From: Halothiobacillus sp.
GTDB taxonomy: Bacteria > Pseudomonadota > Gammaproteobacteria > JAAZVP01
DNA: 64,000 nucleotides
NCBI GenBank assembly: GCA_018623495.1
Contig: JAAZVP010000006.1
Coordinates: 5,353 to 69,352, forward strand
Direction: 5' to 3'
Positions 10,991-20,496 of this stretch are shown one piece after another. Within the stretch, counting starts at the first letter, position 1. The number at the start of each line of letters is the position of its first letter. The notes under the pieces are model-generated. The model searched no databases, was not told where the DNA came from, and saw only the letters and a list, made by a program, of their open reading frames with translations. A program made the position numbers and the translations under genes.

Positions 10991-11152
10991 CCGTCAGAAA
11001 CCTCCGTCGGGAAAGCAGGCGATTTTCTCACGCGCGCGCTCGGCTACTCAAGCGCACCGCGACGCCCGGCAGACGCCGGCATTTGGTGAGGACACGGCAA
11101 ATGTGGAAAATGGCGGGATGATCGCCGATCCAACAGGGATGGCCCAGAGCGG

Positions 11153-11941
11153 GTGGAGCCAGTGAGCAGCGACGCCGAGAAACGGGTATTCGAGCAGCCG
11201 CTCAACGAGCGGATGCGCACCTTCCTGCGCCTGGAGGCGCTGGTGGCACGCCTGCGCCTGTTCGCCGCCCGCCCGTCCAGCCCGGATTCCCGCGCCGCGG
11301 TGGCGGCCCTGCTCGAGCTGCAGGAACTCACCTCGCGGGTGGATCTCAAGCGCGAGCTGATGAAGGAGCTCGACCGCCAGTGCGGCAACCTCACCCGCCT
11401 GGCCCGCACCCCGGACGTGGACGCCTCCAAGCTCCAGGGCGTGCTCGACCACCAGAAGTCGCTGGTCAATCGCATCCACGGTCTCACCGGCCAGGTCGGC
11501 CACCACCTGAAGAACAACGAGTTCCTCGGCGGCATCAAGCAGCGCGCCTCGATCGCCGGCGGCCTGTGCGACTTCGACGCCCCTTCCTACCACCACTGGC
11601 TGAGCCTGCCGCATGCCGAGCGCCGGGCCGACCTGGAGGGCTGGCTGGAGCCCTTCGACCTGGTGATCGAGGCGGTCGAGCTGACCCTCGACCTGGTCCG
11701 CAAGAGCGTCTCGCCGCTGCGGGTCCAGGCCGAGAACGGCTTTCTCCACCAGGCCCTGGACGCCGGTGTCCCCTACCAGATGATCCGCGTCGAGCTGCCG
11801 GCCGACTCGCCGTTCTTCCCCGAGATCAGCGGTGGCAAGCACCGCTTCTCGGTGCGCTTCTTCACCCTCTCCCGCGACGAGTGGCGCAGCCTGCAGGCCG
11901 AGGAGGACATCCACTTCCACCTCTCCTGCTGCGCCATCTGA
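11153..11941 (+). CDS. zapD: Cell division protein ZapD
   Basis: VFEQPLNERMRTFLRLE...LKRELMKELDRQ...FLGGIKQRASIAGGLCDFDAPSYHHWL...FPEISGGKHRFSVRF. GTG start at 11153 or 11162. Confidence 0.88.
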   Translation: MEPVSSDAEKRVFEQPLNERMRTFLRLEALVARLRLFAARPSSPDSRAAVAALLELQELTSRVDLKRELMKELDRQCGNLTRLARTPDVDASKLQGVLDHQKSLVNRIHGLTGQVGHHLKNNEFLGGIKQRASIAGGLCDFDAPSYHHWLSLPHAERRADLEGWLEPFDLVIEAVELTLDLVRKSVSPLRVQAENGFLHQALDAGVPYQMIRVELPADSPFFPEISGGKHRFSVRFFTLSRDEWRSLQAEEDIHFHLSCCAI

Positions 11942-11990
11942 CCGGCGAGGGTGACCGACACCACCAACGACAACAACGACAACCGAATCC

Positions 11991-12740
11991 ATGAACGACA
12001 CCCCCGCCTTCGAGCTCAAGGGACGCCTGCTCACGCTCACGGTCCTACGCCTGTTCGAACCCCACGTGGTCAACCTCGCCATGGCCCTCAAGGCCAAGGT
12101 GGAACAGGCCCCGGGCTTTTTCGACAACACCCCCGTGGTGCTCGACCTCGAGCCACTGCAGGACGGTCACAAGGTGATCGACTTCCCGGCGCTGGTGAGC
12201 CTGCTGGGCAACCACGGCCTGCTGGTCAGCGGGGTGCTCGGCGGCAACGAGAAACAGCGCCGCGCGGCCGCCGACGCCGGTCTGGGCCTGTTCTCCGACC
12301 GCCAGCGCGGTGCCGAACCGCCGCAACCGGCCCCCGAGCCGGCACCCGCCGCGGAACCCGAACCCCGACCCGAGCCCGAACCGGAACCCGAGCCACCGGC
12401 ACGCCCGGCGACCTGCTCGGCGCGACTGGTCACCCAGCCGGTGCGTTCCGGCCAGCAGATCTACGCCCGCGGCGGCGACCTGGTGGTGCTGGCGCCGGTC
12501 AGCGCGGGTGCCGAGATCATTGCCGACGGCCACATTCACGTATACGCTCCGCTGCGTGGACGGGCGATCGCCGGGGCCGCCGGCGACGTCGATGCCCGCA
12601 TCTTCTGCCAGAGCCTGGAGGCCGAGCTGGTCTCCATCAACGGCGTGTACCAGATCAAGGAGGACCTGGAACAGGGCGTCCCCGGCACCCCGGTCCAGAT
12701 CCACCGGCAAAACGACAACCTGATCATCCGACCGCTTTGA
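11991..12740 (+). CDS. minC: Septum site-determining protein MinC
   Basis: [15 protein letters not shown] at the N-terminus, a Pro/Glu-rich linker, and a C-terminal beta-helix region [44 protein letters not shown]. Followed by minD and minE. Confidence 0.9.
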   Translation: MNDTPAFELKGRLLTLTVLRLFEPHVVNLAMALKAKVEQAPGFFDNTPVVLDLEPLQDGHKVIDFPALVSLLGNHGLLVSGVLGGNEKQRRAAADAGLGLFSDRQRGAEPPQPAPEPAPAAEPEPRPEPEPEPEPPARPATCSARLVTQPVRSGQQIYARGGDLVVLAPVSAGAEIIADGHIHVYAPLRGRAIAGAAGDVDARIFCQSLEAELVSINGVYQIKEDLEQGVPGTPVQIHRQNDNLIIRPL

Positions 12741-12751
12741 GGGGTAACAGC

Positions 12752-13564
12752 GTGGCTAGAATCATCGTCGTCACATCCGGCAAGGGTGGCGTGGGCAAGA
12801 CCACGTCCAGCGCCGCCATCTCCACCGGCCTGGCCCAGCGCGGCTACAAGACCGCGGTGGTGGACTTCGACGTCGGCCTGCGGAACCTGGACCTGATCAT
12901 GGGCGTGGAGCGCCGCGTGGTCTACGACTTCGTCAACGTCATCAACGACGAGGCCAAGCTCGGCCAGGCGCTGATCCGCGACAAGCGCGTCGAGAACCTC
13001 TACGTCCTGCCGGCCTCCCAGACCCGTGACAAGGACGCCCTGACCCAGGAGGGCGTGGGCAAGGTCCTCGGCCAGTTCGCCGAGGACGGCTTCGACTACG
13101 TCATCTGCGACTCGCCGGCCGGCATCGAGCGCGGTGCCCAGCTGGCGATGTACTTTGCCGACGAGGCCATCGTGGTGAGCAACCCCGAGGTCTCCTCGGT
13201 ACGCGACTCCGACCGCATGCTGGGCATCCTCTCCAGCAAGTCCCGGCGCGCCGAGCAGGACGACGAGCCGATCCGGGAACACCTGCTGATCACCCGCTAC
13301 CAGCCCGAGCGCGTGGATCTCGGCGAGATGCTCTCGGTGGAGGACGTGCTCGAGATCCTCTCGGTCCCGCTGCTCGGGGTCATCCCGGAGTCCGAGGCGG
13401 TCCTGCAGGCCTCCAACGCCGGCGTCCCGGTGATCATGGAATCCGGCTCCGACGCCGGCCAGGCCTACGACGACGCCGTCGCCCGCCTGCTGGGCGAAGA
13501 ACGGGAACTGCGCTTCGTCGACGCCCGCAAGAAGGGCTTCTTCAGCCGTCTGCTAGGAAAGTGA
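12752..13564 (+). CDS. minD: Septum site-determining ATPase MinD
   Basis: GTG 12752. ARIIVVTSGKGGVGKTTSSAAISTGLAQRG...DFDVGLRNLDLIMG...ICDSPAGIE... C-terminal amphipathic helix KKGFFSRLLGK. Confidence 0.95.
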   Translation: MARIIVVTSGKGGVGKTTSSAAISTGLAQRGYKTAVVDFDVGLRNLDLIMGVERRVVYDFVNVINDEAKLGQALIRDKRVENLYVLPASQTRDKDALTQEGVGKVLGQFAEDGFDYVICDSPAGIERGAQLAMYFADEAIVVSNPEVSSVRDSDRMLGILSSKSRRAEQDDEPIREHLLITRYQPERVDLGEMLSVEDVLEILSVPLLGVIPESEAVLQASNAGVPVIMESGSDAGQAYDDAVARLLGEERELRFVDARKKGFFSRLLGK

Positions 13565-13566
13565 AG

Positions 13567-13827
13567 ATGAGTCTTTTCGATTACTTCCGTTCCTCGCGCA
13601 AGTCCAGCGCCAGCGTCGCCAAGGAGCGGCTCAAGATCATCGTCGCCCACGAGCGCGGGCGCCGCGGCGGCCCGGACTACCTCCCGCAGATGGAGGAGGA
13701 ACTGCTGGCCGTGGTGCGCAAGTACACCAGGGTGGGCGACGACGCCGTGCGCGTGAACCTGGAAAAGGACCAGGGCTTCGACGTGATGGAGGTCAACATC
13801 ACGCTGCCCGAGCGCGACGAGGACTGA
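13567..13827 (+). CDS. minE: Cell division topological specificity factor MinE
   Basis: MSLFDYFRSSRKSSASVAKERLKIIVAHERG...YLPQMEEELLAVVRKY. GTG 13561 is an alternative start. Confidence 0.9.
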   Translation: MSLFDYFRSSRKSSASVAKERLKIIVAHERGRRGGPDYLPQMEEELLAVVRKYTRVGDDAVRVNLEKDQGFDVMEVNITLPERDED

Positions 13828-13854
13828 CCCGCAAGGACCCGGGAAAGAAACGGC

Positions 13855-14520
13855 TCAGGAGGCGAAGCGCTCGGCGCCGTAGCCGCCCGACTTGCGGATG
13901 TGCTCGAAGAACGCCTGCTCGAAGTTCTCCGGCACCGAGTCCTGCACCGCCTCCATCGCCAGCATGGCGTCGGTCCAGCGCGACAGGCCGGGAAAGTCCG
14001 CCTCGTCCATGAACTCCCCGGCCCCGTTGAGCAGCCGGTTGCGCATCAGCAGGGGCGCCACCGCGGCATCCACCAGCGAGAAGCCCCGGCCGTCGAAGTA
14101 CGGCTCGCCGCCCTCGGGCAACTGCCCTTCCAGGGTCCGGAGGTTATCGACAAAGGCGGCGCGCTTGGTGTTGTAGGTCGCCTCGTCGGCCGCCATGGCC
14201 ATCTGGAACTGGCCGAAGATGCACTCCGAGGCGAACTCGATCCAGGCCCGGGCCCGGGCTCGCGGCAGCGGCTCTTCGGGCAGCAGCGAGCCCGGGGTCA
14301 CCTCGTCGACGAACTCGTTGATCACCGCCGACTCGAACAGCACCTCGCCGTCCACCTTGAGCAGCGGCACCTTGCCCAGCGGCGAGATGGTCCTGAACCA
14401 CGCCGGCGGCTCCTCCAGGTCGATGTAGGTGACGTCGAACTCCGCGCCCTTGTAGAGCAGGGTGATCACCGATCGCTGCACGAACGGGCAGATATTGAAA
14501 CTGATCAGCTCCAGGTTCAT
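13855..14520 (-). CDS. Glutathione S-transferase family protein (Cys-type active site)
   Basis: MNLELISFNICPFVQRS...SPLGKVPLLKVDGEVLFESAVINEFV (GST N-terminal fold). Start taken at the ATG 7 nt after AAGGAG (14520). Confidence 0.8.
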   Translation of the reverse strand: MNLELISFNICPFVQRSVITLLYKGAEFDVTYIDLEEPPAWFRTISPLGKVPLLKVDGEVLFESAVINEFVDEVTPGSLLPEEPLPRARARAWIEFASECIFGQFQMAMAADEATYNTKRAAFVDNLRTLEGQLPEGGEPYFDGRGFSLVDAAVAPLLMRNRLLNGAGEFMDEADFPGLSRWTDAMLAMEAVQDSVPENFEQAFFEHIRKSGGYGAERFAS

Positions 14521-14558
14521 AGTCATCTCCTTGTCATTGCATCTCGTTTTCACCATCC

Positions 14559-14963
14559 ATGCCCGACACCGATGCGAGCAACCCCCGGGTCCGCCTGGAC
14601 AAGTGGCTGTGGGCGGCCCGCTTCTTCAAGACCCGTGGCCTGGCCACCGACGCCATCAAGGGTGGCAAGGTGGAGATCAACGGGCAACGGGCCAAGCCCG
14701 CGCGGGCCGTCACCGTGGGTGACCGCCTGGCCGTGCGCAAGGGGCCGGTGGCCTTCGAGATCACCGTGGATGCCCTGAGCGAGCGCCGCGGCCCGGCCCG
14801 CGAGGCCGAGAAGCTCTACACCGAGAGCGAGGCCAGCCGCGCGCGCCGCGAAGAGGAGGCCGCCATGCGCCGCGCCGCGGGCCGCGGCCAGAAGGCCCCG
14901 AAGCATGCCCCGGCCAAGCAGGACCGCCAGGCCCTGATCCGCCTCAAGCGAGGTGGCCGGTGA
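14559..14963 (+). CDS. hslR: Ribosome-associated heat shock protein Hsp15 (S4 domain)
   Basis: RVRLDKWLWAARFFKTRGLATDAIKGGKVEINGQRAKPARAV..GD. Confidence 0.85.
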   Translation: MPDTDASNPRVRLDKWLWAARFFKTRGLATDAIKGGKVEINGQRAKPARAVTVGDRLAVRKGPVAFEITVDALSERRGPAREAEKLYTESEASRARREEEAAMRRAAGRGQKAPKHAPAKQDRQALIRLKRGGR

Positions 14964-15373
14964 GCCGTCCCGAGACCCCCGCCCTCACCGTCGACGTGGT
15001 GATCGAGCTGGTCGACCGGCCCGGGCGACCCGTGGTCCTCGTCCGCCGGCGCAACCCGCCCCACGGCTGGGCCCTGCCCGGCGGTTTCGTGGACATCGGC
15101 GAGACCCTGGAGGCCGCCGCCGTGCGCGAGGCCCGCGAGGAGACCGGCCTGGCCGTGGAACTCGACGGCCTGCTCGGCTGCTACTCCGACCCCGACCGCG
15201 ACCCGCGCGGCCACACCGTCTCCGCGGTGTTCACCGGCCGCGCCCGGGGACGCCCGCAGGCCGCCGACGACGCCCGCGAGATCGCCATCGTCGACCCGGC
15301 CGCCATCGACCGGCCGCTGGCCTTCGACCACGCCGGGATCATCCGCGACTACCGCGAGGCGCGGCGCCGGTGA
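14960..15373 (+). CDS. NUDIX hydrolase
   Basis: Nudix box GGFVDIGETLEAAAVREAREETGL. The GTG start overlaps the hslR stop. Confidence 0.8.
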   Translation: MSRPETPALTVDVVIELVDRPGRPVVLVRRRNPPHGWALPGGFVDIGETLEAAAVREAREETGLAVELDGLLGCYSDPDRDPRGHTVSAVFTGRARGRPQAADDAREIAIVDPAAIDRPLAFDHAGIIRDYREARRR

Positions 15374-15888
15374 AGCCCCTCCCCGCCCGCCGGCCCTCGG
15401 CCGCCTTCCGTCTGCTGGCGCTGGTGGCTGCGCTGTTGCTGGCCGCGGGCGCGCTGGCGACCGAGGACCCCCTGGCCGCCCTGGGGCTCACCGGCGAGAT
15501 CCCCGCCGACTGGCGCCTGGTGGAACGGACCCCCGAGGCGCTGACCTTCTCCATCCCCGGCGGTGGCCGGGCCCTGGTCCGCAGCTGGCAAGGCTCGCTG
15601 GACCTGGGCCATGCCGCCTCGGCGCTGGTCCTGGAGGGCCGGCGCAGCGGCTGGACCGACATCGACTACGGCATGATCCTGCTCCACGGCCGCCGCGCCT
15701 TCCGCATGCGCTCCGGCCTGCCCGGCGGGACCAGCGGGCCGTTTCGCCAGGTCGCCTACCTGGTGAGCGACGACGACCGCTCCTGGCTGCTGCACGTGAT
15801 CCGGCCCGGCGCCCGTCCGCTGGGCCGCGGCATCGGCCTCACGGCCGAGAGCCTGCGCCCGGCGCCCCGCCCAGCATCATCGGACTGA
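15370..15888 (+). CDS. Hypothetical secreted protein
   Basis: GTG 15370 overlaps the NUDIX stop (GTGA). Signal-like segment AAFRLLALVAALLLAAGALA. No motif recognised. The 3' end overlaps the convergent DUF945 gene by 50 bp. Confidence 0.5.
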   Translation: MKPLPARRPSAAFRLLALVAALLLAAGALATEDPLAALGLTGEIPADWRLVERTPEALTFSIPGGGRALVRSWQGSLDLGHAASALVLEGRRSGWTDIDYGMILLHGRRAFRMRSGLPGGTSGPFRQVAYLVSDDDRSWLLHVIRPGARPLGRGIGLTAESLRPAPRPASSD

Positions 15889-17221
15889 TGGGCTGACCGT
15901 TGACGGTGAGGCTGCCGCCATCGAGCTCGGCGAGCACGTGGTAGGCATCGCCCTCGCGCCGCAGAAAGCCCATCCGCTCCACGCCTTCGAGCTGCTGCCG
16001 GGCCTGCAGCCGGGCCTGCTCGGCCAGCGCCTCGCCGTCCTCCATGCCGGCGGCCAGCATCCGGCTGCGCAGGCCGCCGGCGAGGAGCTGGCGCAGCACG
16101 GCGGCACCCGCCTGCATCTCCACCCGACCCTCGAGTGCCTGCAGCGGCCCCAGGGCCCTGCCGCCGTCGCCGGCGTAGCGCAGGTGTCCGTGGATGTCCA
16201 GCTCGCCTTCGCCGGTGGCCAGCCCGAGGCGTTCCAGTCGCAGCTCGGGCGATCCGGCGAGCAGCGCCGGCAACCGGGCCTGCAGCGCCTGGCCCATGAG
16301 CCGCCCCTGCTCCTCGGGGGCGTGGCCGGCGGCCACGATCGCCTGCATGCGTTCCTGCAGGTCGTTGTAGGCCGCCCGGTCGATGTTCTCCAGGGAAAGG
16401 GCGAGTCCCGCGTCGCGCACCTGCTGGCCGGCACTGTCGAGCGCATCGGCCTCGACCACCATGCCCAGGGTGAGCTGATCCCCGCTGCCCGTGACCGCGC
16501 TCTCGATGCGCGCCCCCGCCAGTTCCAGCTCCCGGGGTGTGCCGGCGAGGTCGGTGCCGGAGAACGCCAGCCGCTCCAGGCCCATGCGCGCCTCACCCAG
16601 CCAGACGGTCTCGCCCGCCTCGCGGTGGTTGTCGAACTCGAGGCGCAGTCCCTCCAGCGCCAGCGACCCGCTCTGGTCGTCCTCGACACCGAGGTGCGGC
16701 GCCTCCAGCTCGCCCCGGACCCGGCGATTGTCGGCGCTCACTTCCACGGTCCCGGACAGCCCCGACCAGTCGACCGTGGCGGTCTCCAGCGGGCCGCTGT
16801 AGTCCGGCGACGCGATGCGGTGGGTCTGGGCGCCGGTGACGCCGATCACGGAATCGATGCGCAGCGGCGCCCGGTCGCCGAAGTAGGGACGCAGCGCCTC
16901 GGCCACCTCCGCGGGCAGCACGGGCACGGACTCGACCCGCGCCAGTCGCCCGGAGATCGGCGGGCCGTGGTGGATGACGTGATCGAAGCCCACCTCGACG
17001 GCGCCATCGCCGGTGGGAATGGTCCAGCGGGTCTCGGCATGGGACTGCATCCAGCCCCGCTGGTAGTCGGCGACGTCCACTTCCAGCCCCTGGACGCTCA
17101 TCCGCTCGACGGCGGCGTCGAAACCGGACTCGACCTTGGCCCCGCTGACGACGGGTACCCCCGCGCCCACGGCGGCGACGCTCACCGCGGTAATGCCTGC
17201 AGCCCAGCGCATCGTGCTCAT
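15839..17221 (-). CDS. YdgA/DUF945 family protein
   Basis: N-terminal anchor MRWAAGITAVSVAAVGAG. IHHGPP and the C-terminal ...SLTVNGQPISPMML resemble E. coli YdgA (HGPFP ... ITLNGQKMSPEDF) as I recall it. Confidence 0.7.
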   Translation of the reverse strand: MSTMRWAAGITAVSVAAVGAGVPVVSGAKVESGFDAAVERMSVQGLEVDVADYQRGWMQSHAETRWTIPTGDGAVEVGFDHVIHHGPPISGRLARVESVPVLPAEVAEALRPYFGDRAPLRIDSVIGVTGAQTHRIASPDYSGPLETATVDWSGLSGTVEVSADNRRVRGELEAPHLGVEDDQSGSLALEGLRLEFDNHREAGETVWLGEARMGLERLAFSGTDLAGTPRELELAGARIESAVTGSGDQLTLGMVVEADALDSAGQQVRDAGLALSLENIDRAAYNDLQERMQAIVAAGHAPEEQGRLMGQALQARLPALLAGSPELRLERLGLATGEGELDIHGHLRYAGDGGRALGPLQALEGRVEMQAGAAVLRQLLAGGLRSRMLAAGMEDGEALAEQARLQARQQLEGVERMGFLRREGDAYHVLAELDGGSLTVNGQPISPMMLGGAPGAGSRP

Positions 17222-17296
17222 CCTTCCCCTCCCGGATTCGAGTCCATTCGTTGGTGGTTTTTTGATGATTGTCGTTCTGGCGGGATGGCAACGGCG

Positions 17297-18310
17297 CTAG
17301 AACTCGCCGAGCTGTCCCCGCAGGAGAATGATACCCACAAGGATCGCCAGGGATATACCCCAGATGAGCATGTAGACGCGGCTGGAGTGCCGGGCCTTCT
17401 GCTTCTCGAACCAGGTGCGCGGCTGGATCCCCTTGAGCAAGAAGACCAGCTTGGCGGAGAGGTTGACCGCCACCACGTTGACCGCCAGCAGCAGGCCCGC
17501 CCCGGTGGCCAGTATCCACTGGCCATTGCCCAGCATGATCCCCAGGCTGGCCGCCGGCGGCAGCAGGGCCACCGCCACCATCACGCCCACCAGCACGCTG
17601 GAGACGCCGGCGGTGAGCGAGAGCACCCCCGCCGCCCCCGAGGCCAGCGCCAGCGCAACGTCGTCCAGGCCGATGTCGGTGCGGGCCATGATCTCGCGGG
17701 AGAAACTCTCCGCCGGCCACAGCCAGGCGATGGCCATCGACAGTACCACCGCCAGCGTCAGGCCGGCGAAGTTGGTGGCCAGTGACCGCAGGGTGAGGCG
17801 CGAATCGCCCAGGGTGGTGGCGAAGGCCAGGGCGATGTTGGGGCCCAGCAGGGGGGCGATCACCATCGCCCCGATGATCACCGCGACGTTGTCCTCCACC
17901 AGGCCGATGGCCGCCACCACGGTAGAGAGCACCACCAGCAGCAGGTAGTTGAGGTCCAGCCGGCTGCCCTTGTCGATCTGCGCGTAGAGCTCCTCGCGGG
18001 TGACCCCGAAGAAGGCCACGCGCTCCTTCTCCGATTCCGCGGCGGCCTTTTCCTCTTCCTCCTCCCGCCGCGGCAGGGAGACCTCCACCGGCAGCACCAG
18101 GATGCGGGCGTCGCCGGAGAAGGCCACCGCGCTCTGCAGCGCGTCCATCACCGCCTGGCGGGCCTCCGGCCCCACCAGCACGCGCAGGCTGCGGCGCGCA
18201 CCGTCGTCGTGACCACCCCCCAGCCAGGCGTCCTCCGCACCGTTTTCCATGGCCACGTCGCGGATCCGTTCCAGGTTTTCGTCGCGGGTCACGACCTCGA
18301 TGACCTTCAC
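17297..18310 (-). CDS. TIGR00341/DUF389 family membrane protein
   Basis: Soluble N-terminal domain followed by about 6 TM helices (VVAAIGLVEDNVAVIIGAMVIAPLLGPN...). Immediately downstream of the CHAD gene. Confidence 0.72.
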   Translation of the reverse strand: MKVIEVVTRDENLERIRDVAMENGAEDAWLGGGHDDGARRSLRVLVGPEARQAVMDALQSAVAFSGDARILVLPVEVSLPRREEEEEKAAAESEKERVAFFGVTREELYAQIDKGSRLDLNYLLLVVLSTVVAAIGLVEDNVAVIIGAMVIAPLLGPNIALAFATTLGDSRLTLRSLATNFAGLTLAVVLSMAIAWLWPAESFSREIMARTDIGLDDVALALASGAAGVLSLTAGVSSVLVGVMVAVALLPPAASLGIMLGNGQWILATGAGLLLAVNVVAVNLSAKLVFLLKGIQPRTWFEKQKARHSSRVYMLIWGISLAILVGIILLRGQLGEF

Positions 18311-18317
18311 GCCCCGT

Positions 18318-19226
18318 TCACCCCTTGCGCCAGGCCTTCCAGCGGCGCTTCATGCGCTTGCGGAAGGTCCCCGGCTTGTCGTGGAAGAGTCGTCCGCCCA
18401 GCTCCCGGGCATCGGCCCGCAAGCGCGCCTGCTCGGCATCCACCACCTCCAGCAGGGGCATGCGCACGTCGTCGGCCAGTTCCGGCCCCTCGTCCCCGGT
18501 GAGCAGTGCACGCAGCACCGCCAGGTCGTGGTCGTCGCCGAGGCGGTCGGAAAGCGTCTTGAAATCCCGCTTGAGGCGGCGCATGGCGGGCGGGTCGGTC
18601 TTTTCCAGCAACTGGGTGAAATACCAGAGATCCTTGACCCGCTTGCGCCACTCGTGGAAATTCTCGGCGGTGGGCTCGGCCAGGACCCGGTCGCGGGCCT
18701 TCCGGCCACGCTGGTAATAGGCCTTCAGCCCGGGGCCGAGCAGGCCGAACCCGTCTCGGCCCGGGGACAAACCGGCGAGCCGCTCGCGGGCCGCGGCGAG
18801 CACCTCGAGGGTCTCCTGCACCCGCGCCCCGATTCCCGCGTCGTCACCGGCCACCGCGTCGCGGCGGTCGACGAACACCTGGTGCAGGTCGCGATAGCCG
18901 GCCTCCCCGAGCCGCCGAATCACGGGCGACTCGAGCCGCTCGATGGTCTCGACCATGGCACCGGCGTCGCGCGCCGCCGCCAGCGCCCGGCCGGCGTCCC
19001 GGAAGACCGCGTTCTCGCGCCGGTAGAGCGTCGGCAGGCGGGGACGCACCAGGCGCAGCACCGCGCGCGTGCGCTTGAAGCACTTGCGGGCCTCGTGGAT
19101 ACCCTCGTCGCGGCCGGCGGAGGGCTCGGCGAGGTGGCCGACCGCCGCGTCGATCTGTTCCAGGAGGATCCGGCGGACGCCCTCGCCGGCCGGCTCCCTG
19201 CGTTTGAAGCGATAACTCATGACCAT
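18318..19226 (-). CDS. CHAD domain-containing protein
   Basis: GIHEARKCFKRTRAVLRLVRP...FHEWRKRVKDLWYFTQLL...LGDDHDLAVL, the conserved CHAD helix-bundle motifs. Confidence 0.8.
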   Translation of the reverse strand: MVMSYRFKRREPAGEGVRRILLEQIDAAVGHLAEPSAGRDEGIHEARKCFKRTRAVLRLVRPRLPTLYRRENAVFRDAGRALAAARDAGAMVETIERLESPVIRRLGEAGYRDLHQVFVDRRDAVAGDDAGIGARVQETLEVLAAARERLAGLSPGRDGFGLLGPGLKAYYQRGRKARDRVLAEPTAENFHEWRKRVKDLWYFTQLLEKTDPPAMRRLKRDFKTLSDRLGDDHDLAVLRALLTGDEGPELADDVRMPLLEVVDAEQARLRADARELGGRLFHDKPGTFRKRMKRRWKAWRKG

Positions 19227-19362
19227 TAGCCTGTCGCGCCGCTACATAGGGCACAATAACAAATCGGCGCCCGCAGGGGCCGGCCGCTTCACCGGCGTTT
19301 AACCCGGTGATGTTGCAATCACCTCGACGCGAAGCCCGCCCGGAAAAGAGACGGCACCCGCC

Positions 19363-20010
19363 ATGAAGATTCTCATCGGTTATTCCATGCGCAGCGGCAG
19401 CACGCTGCTGCAGCACATCCTCAACGGTCACAGCCAGATCCGCTCCTACAGCGACGTCTCCTCGGCGCTGATGCTGCCGCGCATCCTCATGGGCCTGGGC
19501 CCGCGGGACAACGTCTGCGTCAAGCCCGTCGACCTGCTTTTCCTCCAGCGCAAGCTGGACTTCTACCGGCACTTCGACCGCTTCATCTGGCTGGCCCGTG
19601 ACCCGCGCGACAGCTACCTCTCCACCGTCGAGTCCGGCTACGCCTACTGGTTCTGGCGCAAGGGCGAGCCGGTGGACGGCATCGACACCGGCCTGCTCGC
19701 GCGCTGGCAACGTATCTACCGGCAGTACTTCGAGCACGCCGACACCTGGAAGCTGATCCGCTACGAGGACCTGGTGGCCGAGCCCGAGGCCACCGTCGCC
19801 GAGATACTCGCCTACCTCGAACTGCCCTACGAGAAGCTCTTCCCCTTCGAGAAGTTCTCGATGGTCCAGGGCGGCGACTACAAGCTCAAGCAGTCCAACA
19901 CCGTCAGCAAGAAATCGGCCCGGCGCCACGAGCGCGAGCTCGACGAGGCCCAGCAGGCCCTGTTCCGTGAGCGCCTGGGCACGGAGATGGAGGCGCTGGG
20001 CTACGCATGA
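19363..20010 (+). CDS. Sulfotransferase family protein
   Basis: 5'-PSB-like loop YSMRSGSTLL and 3'-PB-like LARDPRDSYLS. The stop overlaps the next gene's start (ATGA). Confidence 0.72.
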   Translation: MKILIGYSMRSGSTLLQHILNGHSQIRSYSDVSSALMLPRILMGLGPRDNVCVKPVDLLFLQRKLDFYRHFDRFIWLARDPRDSYLSTVESGYAYWFWRKGEPVDGIDTGLLARWQRIYRQYFEHADTWKLIRYEDLVAEPEATVAEILAYLELPYEKLFPFEKFSMVQGGDYKLKQSNTVSKKSARRHERELDEAQQALFRERLGTEMEALGYA

Positions 20011-20423
20011 AGGCCGCGCGACGGGCAGCGGGCATCGTGATCTTCGCGAAGGGGACCTGCCGCTGCCTCCTGCTGCGGGCCTACCGCTACTGGGACTGCC
20101 CCAAGGGCGAGATCGAGACGGGCGAGACCCCCCTCGAGACCGCTTGCCGCGAGGTCCGCGAGGAGACCGGCATCGACCGGCTGGAATTCCCCTGGGGAGC
20201 GGCCTTCACCGAGACCCCGCCCTACGCCGGCGGCAAGATCGCCCGCTACTACTGCGCCAGGACCGACCAGACCGACGTCCACCTGCCGACCGACCCCGAC
20301 CTCGGCCGTCCCGAGCACCACGAATGGCGCTGGGTGGAGCCCGCAGCGGCCCGCGCCCTGGTGGGGGCGCGCGTGGCCGACGTGCTCGACTGGGCCTGGC
20401 GACTGACGGGCTGCAACCGCTGA
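20007..20423 (+). CDS. NUDIX hydrolase (Ap4A-hydrolase-like)
   Basis: Nudix box PKGEIETGETPLETACREVREETGI. Translationally coupled to the sulfotransferase. Confidence 0.8.
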   Translation: MKAARRAAGIVIFAKGTCRCLLLRAYRYWDCPKGEIETGETPLETACREVREETGIDRLEFPWGAAFTETPPYAGGKIARYYCARTDQTDVHLPTDPDLGRPEHHEWRWVEPAAARALVGARVADVLDWAWRLTGCNR

Positions 20424-20496
20424 CCGCTTGCCACCCTCCCCTCCCCCGCGGCATCCTGAAACCGCGACGGCCCGCACCACCCGGGAGGATCACAGC

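Noticed and set aside
12300-12410. Short-period DNA repeat (CCCGAACCCGAGCC...) inside minC
   Set aside because: It encodes the Pro/Glu-rich inter-domain linker of MinC ([29 protein letters not shown]). This is low-complexity coding sequence, not a separate repeat element.
17231-17245. tRNA-like T-arm (GGATTCGAGTCC)
   Set aside because: No acceptor, D or anticodon stems can be drawn around it. It lies in the short spacer between two minus-strand protein genes. I found no tRNA or rRNA in the window.
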